Positions 25,626 to 35,166 of a stretch of DNA of 64,000 bases are shown in pieces. The stretch spans positions 1,798,001 through 1,862,000 of the forward strand of contig NW_027117342.1 in NCBI RefSeq assembly GCF_038025025.1. Direction: 5' to 3'. How positions within the stretch are numbered: position 1 is the first letter of the stretch; each line of letters starts with the position of its first letter. The notes under the pieces are model-generated. The model was not told the DNA's origin and did not search any database. It saw only the letters and a program-made list of their open reading frames with translations. This DNA is from Phyllosticta citribraziliensis. Taxonomy: Eukaryota. Made by a program: the position numbers and the translations under genes.

Positions 25626-27215
25626 ATGAGCTCAAGCACTACTCCAACGATGCCTTCCAACACGGACGAAGACCGCCGGTGGGCACCGGTTTTCGTGGCC
25701 CTCATGAAACGCGATGAAAAAGCCGATTTCAGCGACGAACTCAACAGGCTTATTCCTGACCCCGCCGACAAGGATGCCTTCATTGCATGGAATAGTACGT
25801 GTGTCGCCAAAGCGTATGAACGCAACTTCAAACCTCCGCCGCGCGATTCCTTCGTAAGGCTTGTTGAAGAGCTCAACTTCTTCTTCCCGGGTGAAAAGAG
25901 AAAGGATTACTCCAGATGGCATGAGCCTCTTGCGGTTGCTCCGTGGATACCGCTGGGCTCCACTGAAAGCGCTCTCTATCGCCTCGAGCCCGACTTCTAT
26001 TGTCTCCATGCGAGAAACCAATATCACACCGACCATCCGCGTCCCATGTCACCCTGCTTTCTTGGGGTGAACACAAACGTGTCGCCCAACTTTCCGAAGA
26101 CGGGGAATCGGCCTCGGGAGAATCTGTCCGCGCTAACCCCCAATTGGTACTCAAGACCAGCGGACACGAACTCCTCGTCTCCCACTCTACACACTCACGA
26201 CGATCGCAACGCTTCCCAGAGATTGCCTTCCACGATGCCTGCAAACACGGATGAAGACCGCCGATGGGCGGTTGTACAGATTGCGCTCATCAGGCAAGAT
26301 CTTGACGACCTCACCGCTCATGCCCGGGCGCTTGACAAACTCGTGCCTGACCCCGCCGATCAGGATGCCTTCCTACAGTGGAGTAGGAAGCAGGCTCTCA
26401 AAGATTGTCGCAAAAGTTTCGAGCCAATGCCACGCGACTTCTTCATCTCCACCGTCGAGCAGCTCAACTTTTTCTTCCAGGGAGACGGAAAACGGTATGG
26501 CAAATGGCTAGCAGGCACTGAACAATACAACGTTCCGATGATACCGCTTGGATCCACTGAGAACGCTCTCTACCGGCTCCTGCCCGAGCTTTACAGCCTC
26601 CGATCGAGAAACCAGGAAAACTCCAAGCACCCTAGCGTCAAAGACGACTGCTTTCTTGGTGTCAACACAAATGTCAAACCTGCGTTTCCACCGACGAGGA
26701 ATCGGCATCAGGAGAATTTGTCCGAGATGTCCACCCAGTCTACAGAGTCTGACGATAGTGGAAATGGCTTCATGTTTCATCAGCTCGGTGAGCTCATGAC
26801 ATGGCCTCTTCGCGAGGGATGCGATCTTCCAACGGATGACAGCCCAATTCACGAACAAGAATGGGATCCCACAGGTTTCGTTGTCGTTGCTCGGCTGACG
26901 AAGTCTGGCCATGCAGATTCCCTGTACCTAATTTACAACACTTGGCCATGGGTGGAGGAGTGTGGAAAGCGTGTCGAGGTTACAGACCCTGATTGGGGAC
27001 ACCTTCGCTACGAGCCCAAAGCCGCCAATCGAACCTCATTCGCCAAAATCCGCAGCACATCATCCCTCTTGAGCGACAGAAACTACAACACTCGATTTGA
27101 ATTGTGTTTCGAAGACTCCGAAGAAGAAGAAGCATCCAAACGTCCAGTAGAGCTGGTCCGCTTGGTCGAGAAGGGCACTGGAGATGGCTGTGTGCGGCTG
27201 ACGGTGGAGCACTGA
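25626..27215 (+). CDS. Orphan-family protein, copy A (529 aa): a truncated N-terminal duplicate (from 25650) fused to a full ~326-aa unit (from 26235)
   Basis: Two internal repeats of MPxNTDEDRRWA...PDPADxDAF...ExLNFFF...IPLGSTExALYRLxP...CFLGVNTNV. The family C-terminal half (HQLGELMxWP, WxxTGFVVVARL, PVELV) occurs once. Confidence 0.8.
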   Translation: MSSSTTPTMPSNTDEDRRWAPVFVALMKRDEKADFSDELNRLIPDPADKDAFIAWNSTCVAKAYERNFKPPPRDSFVRLVEELNFFFPGEKRKDYSRWHEPLAVAPWIPLGSTESALYRLEPDFYCLHARNQYHTDHPRPMSPCFLGVNTNVSPNFPKTGNRPRENLSALTPNWYSRPADTNSSSPTLHTHDDRNASQRLPSTMPANTDEDRRWAVVQIALIRQDLDDLTAHARALDKLVPDPADQDAFLQWSRKQALKDCRKSFEPMPRDFFISTVEQLNFFFQGDGKRYGKWLAGTEQYNVPMIPLGSTENALYRLLPELYSLRSRNQENSKHPSVKDDCFLGVNTNVKPAFPPTRNRHQENLSEMSTQSTESDDSGNGFMFHQLGELMTWPLREGCDLPTDDSPIHEQEWDPTGFVVVARLTKSGHADSLYLIYNTWPWVEECGKRVEVTDPDWGHLRYEPKAANRTSFAKIRSTSSLLSDRNYNTRFELCFEDSEEEEASKRPVELVRLVEKGTGDGCVRLTVEH

Positions 27216-27425
27216 AACCATTTTTCTGTATCTAATTTGGTTGGCGGTCTAAACACTGCAGAAGCCATCCATCTTGTCATGACAAAAAGAATCATCTGCG
27301 AGCCCCTTCCCCCGGAAAAGAAAATCCACTCCATCATGATTCCGAAGCACAATTGTATCCAGATCCCTCCCTACACCTGTGATGCCTCTTTGGTCGTGAT
27401 GCCGTTGAGGTCGACTTATCGCGAA

Positions 27426-28435
27426 TTAGTCTCGGCTATGTCTGCCACTGTCACACATTCAAGTATCAGCCGTTAACCAATTTTCCAGTCTCTTACATTC
27501 CAAACTAACCTTTCTTCGCGATGAACAGTTTCTCTGGCGAAACCGGTACCCATGTTTACCCTCTTTAAGTAAACCAGCTCCACAGGCTTTTCTATTACCT
27601 CATCCAAGGCAAATGGGGTGTCGTAACTTCTGCCGCTCAAAAGGTGGGGACCCGCAAGCCTAGCGCAGGTGAATCGTTTGAGCTCATCGAAGGGAAGGTA
27701 TCCCCAGCGTTCCGATTCGATCGCTTTACGACCGCCAGAGTCTAGCCTCGGAAAGCTGTCCATGATGAGGTAGAGTCTCTGGGCATAGCCATTGGATGAT
27801 AGCCGAGCAACAACGAAGAAACCAGTACTCAGCCAACAATCCGGATCAAGGAGTATTTGGCTGTCATCACCTGGAGGACGTCCACTTCCTTTGAGGAATG
27901 GCCAGGACATGAGCTCGCCAAGCTGGTGGAATATGAAGCCTCCGTGGTCCCCCATGTCGTCTGACTCTGCCGAATCTTGGGATGCCTCAGAGAGATGTTG
28001 TTGGCGTCGGCTCGTTGGAAGATTGGTGTTCACGCCCAAACGTGCCGAATGGGTAGACAGTGCAGTCTCGTCTCTGTGCGGGATGAGTCCATAGAAGTCG
28101 GGCTTGAGTCGATAGAGCGCCTGAGCAGTGGAACCCAACGGTATCGGCTCGTAGCAAAATTCGGTCGCCGCCTCTAGCAGCTCGTCGTATTCTTCGCTGT
28201 CATCCAAGAACAAATTGATGCGCTCGACTCTCTCCGTGAAGTATTTGCGAGAAACTGGAGTAAAAAGCTCCTGGAAGCTCTCGCGATGTCTTTGGCCGAT
28301 CCAATCCCAGTACGCAAGTCGGTCAGCGATGTCGGGAATCAATTCGGCGACTGAAGGTCCTTTCAAAGGCTCATGTTTCTCACGCTCGTCTTTAACTTTT
28401 TGGAACAATGAAATCTGAGCTTGAGTGAGAGGCAT
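27426..28435 (-). CDS. Orphan-family protein, copy B; exons 28435-27510 and 27447-27426
   Basis: Shares PLGSTAQALYRLKPDFY, LGVNTN, ESDD, GFIFHQLGELMSWP, TGFFVVARL, LYLI, FTCARL, LLSGRSY and KPVELV with the other copies. Phase-2 terminal intron AG|GTTAGT...GCTGAT...CAG gives the tail SGRHSRD*. Confidence 0.8.
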
Positions 28436-29241
28436 GGTAGCTGCTGTAATAGTGTTGCTGGACACTGTAACGAGGATAAATTGAGGGGAGGTGAGGAGAT
28501 AGTCAAGTTGTTGCACAGCGAGGCTGGATCTAATGGATGTTGCCAAGTTTTATGTCGGGAGGGTGGCGTGAAAAGGCTGCTATACCCAAAGTGGTCGAAG
28601 GTACTCTAAGCTTTGTTTGGACTAGCTTGCATCATCCCCAACACAACAACAGGTGTCGCAAACCAAGATTGAACGGAAGATGATAAACGAAGACAGTGTG
28701 AGAGCAACCTGATTGAGGCCATCGCGCAAAGTGCGCAAGACGGCGATATAATGTGTCTAACTACATGTAACAAAGGAAATAAGAGAACTGTCTGGAAGAT
28801 AGTACTGTCTCAGACCTCAAAGCGAGCAAGCAAGCAAGACATGACTACAGGACTGCAAGGCTACAGTCGAAGGTTAGGTTCGCGCGCAAGGTACATTTGT
28901 CAGAATGTTTTGGGGTTCTGCTTTCTCCATCAAAACAACTTGATGAGTGTAGCTTCCTGAATAGGATTATCGATGTCCTAAAGTTACAAGACAAACTTGT
29001 GCTGGCCTGTGAAACTCTCGCTGCAAAGCTTACCTCCACTGGAGGGCATAGTCATTCAGGTTTGACTGATAATAAGTATTTAAATGACCATAGCACGCCA
29101 GAAAAGCGCAACGCGCCATAGGTGAAAGCTTACTTCCAAATCTTCTCCTCTCCTTCTTACATTCTACCGACTCAGCCCTCCACTCCACCCTCAGCCTTTT
29201 CAACATCCTCAACACTCCTTGTCCGAAGATCATACGTCAGT

Positions 29242-30469
29242 ATGTCATCACAACTGAGCCCTCATGATCTGGCGCTGAAGGCGACGTGCTCTGCAAAAAG
29301 ACCCCATTTGAAAGCTGTCGACAATGAAAGGGCCGCACGAGACATCGCGAGCAGTGCCCTGAAAGGACTGAAGAACGCGGCGAAGGCATTATCAGTCGAT
29401 ATCGAAACCTTCCACGCAGCCAAAATGTACGGTGATCCTTTGGCCAAGGGTTTTATAGCCAGTGCCGCTCACTACGCCCACTTTTTGATCCTCGATCCCT
29501 ATAACCAACTTCGCTCTCAATTGGAGAAGTACAGGAGAAATGACAAAACCTTAAGCAAAAGGATGGATGAAATGAGGTTAGCCATTACACTTCTTGGGGA
29601 TTCCTTGCAGTCCCTGATAGACCGTGGGGCGACTGTGAAGAAGTTCGACGTGTATCCGCCGGAAGGCGGCTCTCAGGTGCCGACCGCATGTCCATTCGAG
29701 CTTCTGCACCGCCTCCTCTGTGACTCCCCTGTAATGAGAGAAGCTCTGGCTACTGGGACAGATACAGAAACTCTACGTAAGCTCTTGAGCCCTTCTCTCG
29801 CAATGCTTTTGAAACTGACTGCGTCCAGTTTCGCTCGAATTTCGAAAGGTCTTCCGACCATATCTCGGAGGAATCCAAGAGAGGTCTCCCGCAGGCTGCC
29901 CCAATATGGTTTTCGCAACAATTCATAGGTCTCCAAAGGCTGTTCAGGTAGTATTTGGGGGCAATGAGGTTGCGTGGCCCAATGTGGAAACCTGCCCTGA
30001 GATCTGGGCTATCACGAAAGCCGCACGAGACTATCAGCTTTCCGCGTACATTCCTATTGCACAGCAGGCATTCAATGCATTGGAGCGGCGTGAGCTCTTC
30101 AGAATGCGCGAGCGTAAAGATGACATCAACGAATTGAACCAGAAGGCTATCCTTTTCCAAGAACGAACCGATGCCATCAAGTGGTTGCGCCAGCATCCGA
30201 CCCATCTAGGCCCGAAATCCCTCAGTCAGCGCGGACTTGCCATGAGACCTCCAACATGGCAACGCCGTCCGCCTTGTTATTTATGTGAGGCGATGATGAG
30301 TTGGGGGCCGGTCTATGATTTCTACAAGGACAAGGAGACGTGGAAATCCAACATCGTTAGATTCTCATGGGAGAAGAGGGGTGGGAGGCCTCACTGCTGC
30401 GCTGAAGCGATCGTAAGGCTTCAATGCATGAATCTCAACTTGAAAGCAGGACTTTCGATGAACAAATGA
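29242..30469 (+). CDS. Hypothetical 391-aa protein with a helical N-terminus and a C-terminal PCxxC...HCCAE putative Zn site (permuted deaminase-like); exons 29242-29776 and 29829-30469
   Basis: A 52-nt intron (C|GTAAGC...ACTGAC...CCAG) joins the frames of ORFs 29122..29928 and 29906..30469. Motifs RRPPCYLCEAMM and RPHCCAEAIV. Confidence 0.7.
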
Positions 30470-30501
30470 GACGAGAAAGAAGAAACACCGAGGAACATCA
30501 A

Positions 30502-30576
30502 GGGTAAGTTCTGATCTAGGAAGCTGAATGAGAAACTAAAAGCCGAACTTTTAGCAGCGGACTCAGCAGATCGTAA
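30502..30576 (+). repeat. Direct-repeat copy of the terminal intron and last exon of orphan-family copy C (partner at 32461-32535)
   Basis: 30502-30566 and 32461-32525 align without gaps, with 7 mismatches in 65 nt. Both contain a 51-nt GT..AG intron followed by SGLSR(S/T)*. Confidence 0.9.
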
Positions 30577-31221
30577 TTCACGGCAAGGTCACTCCACCAA
30601 CATGGTCCGGAATCTACAGCGCTTGGCGGTCTAGCATTTCAACAGAGCTACCAATGCAGGAGGTAAGCAACCACAATAACCTTGTTATCCAACCTTCGCG
30701 CGTTTTCTGACCACAGCAGTGCGCTTCAAAATCCAGTCTTTCAGCTACGAAGGAAAACCATAGTACTTGACGGATCTGTCATGAGGAAACAATTCTGATT
30801 ATCAATTTTCTTGTCCTTCGACTTTCCTTTCGCTGGTTTCTTATTTGCGCATCACCGTGGGCACGTTTCCTTGCTTCCTCATATGACTACTTAATAACGG
30901 CAGATACGGTTCAAGGACGGCGTTATGACGACAAAGGCGTCACAGGCGTGGGAGAGGATCTGGATACAACTGAAATAGGGCGTCATGATGGCGGAATTTC
31001 CTGGCTGCTGAAATCAGTGCACGACCTCTAGACCCCTGAAAATGGATTCCCTGTGCTTTCTTGCCTGCATATGCATCTGACTGTCTGATTACCTGCCTGC
31101 ATGTTTAACAGACTGCCTTCATGTTTCTTTGTTTGGTCCAACTAGTACGCCCAAGAGTGTTTGGGGATATAATGTGTTGCAACCGCTAACCCACTACACA
31201 GCGCACCATACGAACGTTTAT

Positions 31222-31304
31222 GGATTGGTGGCGTAGTGGTAACGCATGTCATGGTTAAACATCACATCCATGGCAAGTCCCAGGTTCGAGTCCTGGCCGA
31301 TCTG
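31222..31304 (+). tRNA. tRNA-like gene, nominally Asn(GTT) with a ~12-nt intron and an atypical anticodon loop (G33)
   Basis: Acceptor GGATTGG/CCGATCT, D arm GCGT-AGTGGTA-ACGC (A box), anticodon stem TGTCA/TGGCA, T arm CCAGG-TTCGAGT-CCTGG (B box), discriminator G. The isotype is uncertain. Confidence 0.8.
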
Positions 31305-31313
31305 ACTGCAGGC

Positions 31314-31319
31314 TTTTTT
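31314..31319 (+). terminator. Pol III terminator (T6) of the tRNA-like gene
   Basis: TTTTTT begins 10 nt after the discriminator base. Confidence 0.7.
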
Positions 31320-31524
31320 GCCCTTTGTTTTGCTGCCGGGTGGTGTTGAGTGGTAGCGGGGTGTCTGTGTTGGGGCCTCTTTCCGTGGTTGTGGTTGTCG
31401 CCCAACGAAATGGGGGGGAAAAGGCGACAGCACAGCCTCCAAACAAAGGGTAGGGAAGAGCGCGACTGTGGTCGCAAACGAAAGCTCCTTGACCTTGCCA
31501 CAAGATAAACTTTCACTCGTAACT

Positions 31525-32535
31525 ATGCCTTCTCAAGACCAGCTCAACAATTTTCAAAGAATTGACGCCGAGATGAAAAGGTATCCGCCTTCAGTCGCAC
31601 CCCAGGCTCTCAAAGAAGTTGAGCCCGATCGTGGCGAGAGAGATGCATACACCAGATACGTGCTCTTTGAGATGAGCGGCACCAATCTCGCATCTTGCTA
31701 CACATCGATGGGCCGAGATGCTTTCGTGCATACAGTCGAAAATATCAACCTCTTCTCACCCACGAATCCGGACTTGTACGGCGCGCTACAAGATGGAGTC
31801 AATCAGATTGATGTTCCCTGGATACCTTTGGGCTACACATCGAATGCCCTTTATCGGCTCCATCACAACTTTTACGGACTCATCCCACATCAGAACGCCA
31901 CCGACGTGTCTGAGGATTACTCCTTTCTCGGGGTCAACACCAACACTCCAGAGCCCGCTGGGAACCGCCGAAGGCCACAGCTTTCGGCAATGTCCACAGA
32001 TTTGGCTGAGTCGGATGACAACGAGGTCAACGGTTTCTCAGCTCATCAGCTGGGTGAACTCATGTCCTGTCCGTGGGTCAAGACCGAGGGGCGTCCTTCC
32101 GACAACTGCCCCGTCCATCGGAAACCTGAAGAGTGGGTCAAAACAGGCTTCTTCGTTGTAGCACGACTCACTTCTTCCGGTGTAGCTGAGTGCCTGTGCC
32201 TCATCATGGACGGTTTCCCCGAGATGGATGACGGCTCCCGCCCTCCCCTTGACCACAAGGATTGGGGATGCCTCCCAAAAGAAGGCCGTGAAAAGCGATT
32301 CACTTGTGCCAGGATGAAGGGACCGCCTCTGTTGAGCGGTAGAGGTTATAATACTCGTTTCCAACTCGAGCAAGAAATTGAGAAGCCTGTGGAGCTTGTT
32401 CATCTCAAGAAAAACCCAACTGGTAAAGGGTTGATTCGAGAGACTGTTTACCGCGACCAGGGGTGAGTTCGGATCTAAGAAGCTGAATGAGGAACTGAAA
32501 GCCGAAACTTTAGCAGCGGACTCAGTCGTACATGA
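31525..32535 (+). CDS. Orphan-family protein, copy C; exons 31525-32462 and 32514-32535
   Basis: All family motifs are present (VPWIPLGYTSNALYRL, FLGVNTN, ESDD, HQLGELMSCP, WVKTGFFVVARL, FTCARM, KPVELV). The ORF's apparent TGA lies inside a GTGAGT donor, and the spliced tail reads GSGLSRT*. Confidence 0.8.
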
Positions 32536-32595
32536 CCATCGCCGTCGCTCACATGCTCTGCCCGGGCAACGGAGGAGCAATCTTCAAGAGACATC

Positions 32596-34707
32596 TCATC
32601 CGGTGCATCGCTCCCATGGCTCCCTCCACTCAAGACCCAAAGCCTCAAAGACCTTCCTCTCAGCATCCGCCCAGCTGCCCTCGACTCCATCAGGGCCCTC
32701 CAGCAGCACGACCTGTCCCGTCTGGCGATCTCTCACTCCGCTGCTGTCGAACTTCCAGCCCTTCTCATTCTTCACAAAGCGCCTGAGGTCTCGCTCAAAT
32801 GTAGTGTCGCCCGTCCAGCCCAGGACGGCACAACCCATGGTGCGCCACGGAGACACGATGATGTCGACACGCCGATGAGGATTGGGGTTCTTTGCCTTTG
32901 GATTGGCGGCCAAGCCAGCCTCTCGCGTTTCCCATTGCGGGTCCTGCCACACCACTAGCGCTTTGTCCAGTGAGTCAAACCCACCCGCAGCACTCCCGGT
33001 GTTGATGAACGGCAGGGTAATTTGCCCGCGGGTCGAGTTTGCGGTGCTGAGGAGAAGGGTGTGTGTTATCCACCCTTCCTCCTCCAGGCTCGCTACAAGA
33101 TCGGTGACCAGATCCTGCGTACATTCGAGTTGCCGATGGGAAACAAGAACGTCAACGTCTCCCGGATCCGCTTTGCCACGACGGTACCCACCAACCAGCG
33201 CAATTTCGACGCCCTCTCCGCGCAGCCGCACTGCATGTCTGCGTACGGTGGCGGCAATCGACTCAACTTCGGGATGGGGGAGAGGCTCTTGAAATTCGTC
33301 GTAGTATTTGACACCAATTTGCTGAACCCGCGATAAGGTGCTCCAGCCGTGTTCGATCACGTCGTCAATCTCGCACCAGCCGCGATCAAGCAAGAAGTTG
33401 CGCGCGGTCGTGGCACCCACGCCCCAAATACCGTGGAAAAGGCGCAGGACTTTCATCTCAGGGTCGGATTTCGCATCCTGCACGGCCGCCAGTGTTCGTT
33501 CCCCTTCGTCCTCGTGACTATCACGCCATTCCTTCCACAGCCCGGAAATCTTGCCGTCGCAGCCAGGCAAGCAAGTGACTTCGGTTGGCGATTGGAGTCT
33601 GTATGGGTACGCGGCTAGTGCTGCAATGCTGGTACTATAAGCGCGTACACCAATCTCGTCCCCTGTCAGTGCCCGCGCAAGGCGAATCTGTTTCAATTGA
33701 TTGATGAAGGCCACGTTGGGCGGGTCGGCGGGCGTTGCGCGCTCGCAGGCGTACTTCTTTCGTTGTTTGACCCAGGCTGGAGGTGGAGGAAGGTCTTTGC
33801 CATCGTTACTGCTCGAACCCTCGTGTTCACTGGTAGTTCTCTGGAGGAGTTTCGATTTGGAGGTGGCGGGCTGGGTCGAAGAGGTGAAGCTGCGGTTGCT
33901 GAAATGAGTCGAACCACTGCCCCTGGACCCTGCTCTGCGTTCCTTTGGGGAAGTCTCGTTGGAGGCATCGGCTTTTGCACGTTCCAAGATACTTTGACCA
34001 GTTTTGGCCGCCAAGTTGCTGGCTCGCGAGCTCGGGGAGGCTGGAATAACGATTGGGGCTTTGGAGGCGAGAGTCGCTTTGAAAGGTGGCGTGGCGGGCG
34101 GCGGGTCTGTTGGCTCTCCCTCATAAACGAGGTAGTCCTTCAAAGGAAGCAGCTTGCCCGTTCGGTATGAATCGTCTATCCAATCCATTCTGACCACCTT
34201 GACATGATTGTCGTCGAAAAGGTCCGCAGGGGCTCCATTTCCTGCTGAGGACTGCGCAAGAGTCGATAGAGACGAGGGTCCTGAGAAAGGGGACCTGGTG
34301 TGTCCGGTCGACTGAGCTTCAGTTTCGTCTTCCGTCGATGAGTCTCTGTCTGAGTGGTCATCAATCTTGCGGCGTTTCAGCGGCGGCTCTCGAGGCTGTG
34401 GATTCAGCGTTGAGGACTCGGGCTTCGTTGGTGTTGTTTCTTTGGTGAAAAGCTTGCGGCTTCTCAGTTCCAACTGTGCCCTTCTCTTGGTGCCAACTTT
34501 CCCAATCACTATCTTGGCCTCGTGTATGTCGTATGTCATCCGGGCGCCAAATTCAGCGAGTTTGTCCTCGCACTCATGAAGGTCGTCAACCGAAAAATGA
34601 GTGGGAAGCACAAACACCGGAGGCAGGCTACTCAAATCTAGCTGAGACTGGGGCCTTCGAGAGCTGGATGCCGGAGCAGGAGATGAGGACAAAGGAGAGG
34701 AGATCAT
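32596..34707 (-). CDS. X-family DNA polymerase with an N-terminal BRCT domain (pol mu/Pol4-like)
   Basis: 703 aa. BRCT-like N-terminus (AEFGA...VVRMDWIDDS), HhH GIWGVGATTA, GVKYYDEF, GGYRRGK..GDVDVL, RRVDII and LGWTG. Confidence 0.93.
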   Translation of the reverse strand: MISSPLSSSPAPASSSRRPQSQLDLSSLPPVFVLPTHFSVDDLHECEDKLAEFGARMTYDIHEAKIVIGKVGTKRRAQLELRSRKLFTKETTPTKPESSTLNPQPREPPLKRRKIDDHSDRDSSTEDETEAQSTGHTRSPFSGPSSLSTLAQSSAGNGAPADLFDDNHVKVVRMDWIDDSYRTGKLLPLKDYLVYEGEPTDPPPATPPFKATLASKAPIVIPASPSSRASNLAAKTGQSILERAKADASNETSPKERRAGSRGSGSTHFSNRSFTSSTQPATSKSKLLQRTTSEHEGSSSNDGKDLPPPPAWVKQRKKYACERATPADPPNVAFINQLKQIRLARALTGDEIGVRAYSTSIAALAAYPYRLQSPTEVTCLPGCDGKISGLWKEWRDSHEDEGERTLAAVQDAKSDPEMKVLRLFHGIWGVGATTARNFLLDRGWCEIDDVIEHGWSTLSRVQQIGVKYYDEFQEPLPHPEVESIAATVRRHAVRLRGEGVEIALVGGYRRGKADPGDVDVLVSHRQLECTQDLVTDLVASLEEEGWITHTLLLSTANSTRGQITLPFINTGSAAGGFDSLDKALVVWQDPQWETREAGLAANPKAKNPNPHRRVDIIVSPWRTMGCAVLGWTGDTTFERDLRRFVKNEKGWKFDSSGVRDRQTGQVVLLEGPDGVEGSWADAERKVFEALGLEWREPWERCTG

Positions 34708-34949
34708 GGTATAAGACAGTCATGAGAGTTTGGGTTTGCATCAACACGGTCGCGCGCCAGGAACTCGAGCGAAGCCATTCGTGGCGCTGCAAGCTTCATG
34801 TATGGGCAACAGAGAGAAGAAGGGGGACAAAGAAGGCAATCCCGCTTCCGTGTAAGAGCAAGCCCTTTCGAGCCACCATGATGTTGACGAAGAAGATGGA
34901 CGGAAGTGTCCAACGAGCGGGAAGACGCAACAGGCTCGCTTAGCGCAGT

Positions 34950-35018
34950 TGACGTCATCACGATTCCTTGACCCCGGTTTGCACGACGCGCCGGGCCAAG
35001 GCTTGGGACGGGACGCGT
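34950..35018. promoter_or_regulatory. Candidate CRE (TGACGTCA, 34950-34957) and MCB (ACGCGT, 35013-35018) sites upstream of the polymerase gene
   Basis: Exact consensus matches about 240-310 bp upstream of the ATG. Short motifs like these can occur by chance. Confidence 0.3.
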
Positions 35019-35166
35019 CCACAGGCACTTTCGCTCTAACTACTCAACATCTCCTTCTCTACTCTTCACGCGCAACACCTTTCGGTCGATCTCAAGCAAA
35101 AATAACGGCGCAGGTACCCCCATTCTTTCTTCAAGGGCGCGGCCGTATCTAATCTTCTACGTACAT

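Noticed and set aside
28897..29241. In-frame upstream extension of the deaminase-like gene
   Set aside because: Separated by a TAG at 29119-29121, lacks an ATG start, and the following stretch is pyrimidine-rich and UTR-like.
29880..29930. Apparent frameshift between ORFs 29122..29928 and 29906..30469
   Set aside because: Fully explained by the canonical intron at 29777-29828.
25000..32600. Island as a transposon or Starship element
   Set aside because: No transposase, tyrosine recombinase or reverse transcriptase motif, and no TIR, LTR or TSD, was recognised.
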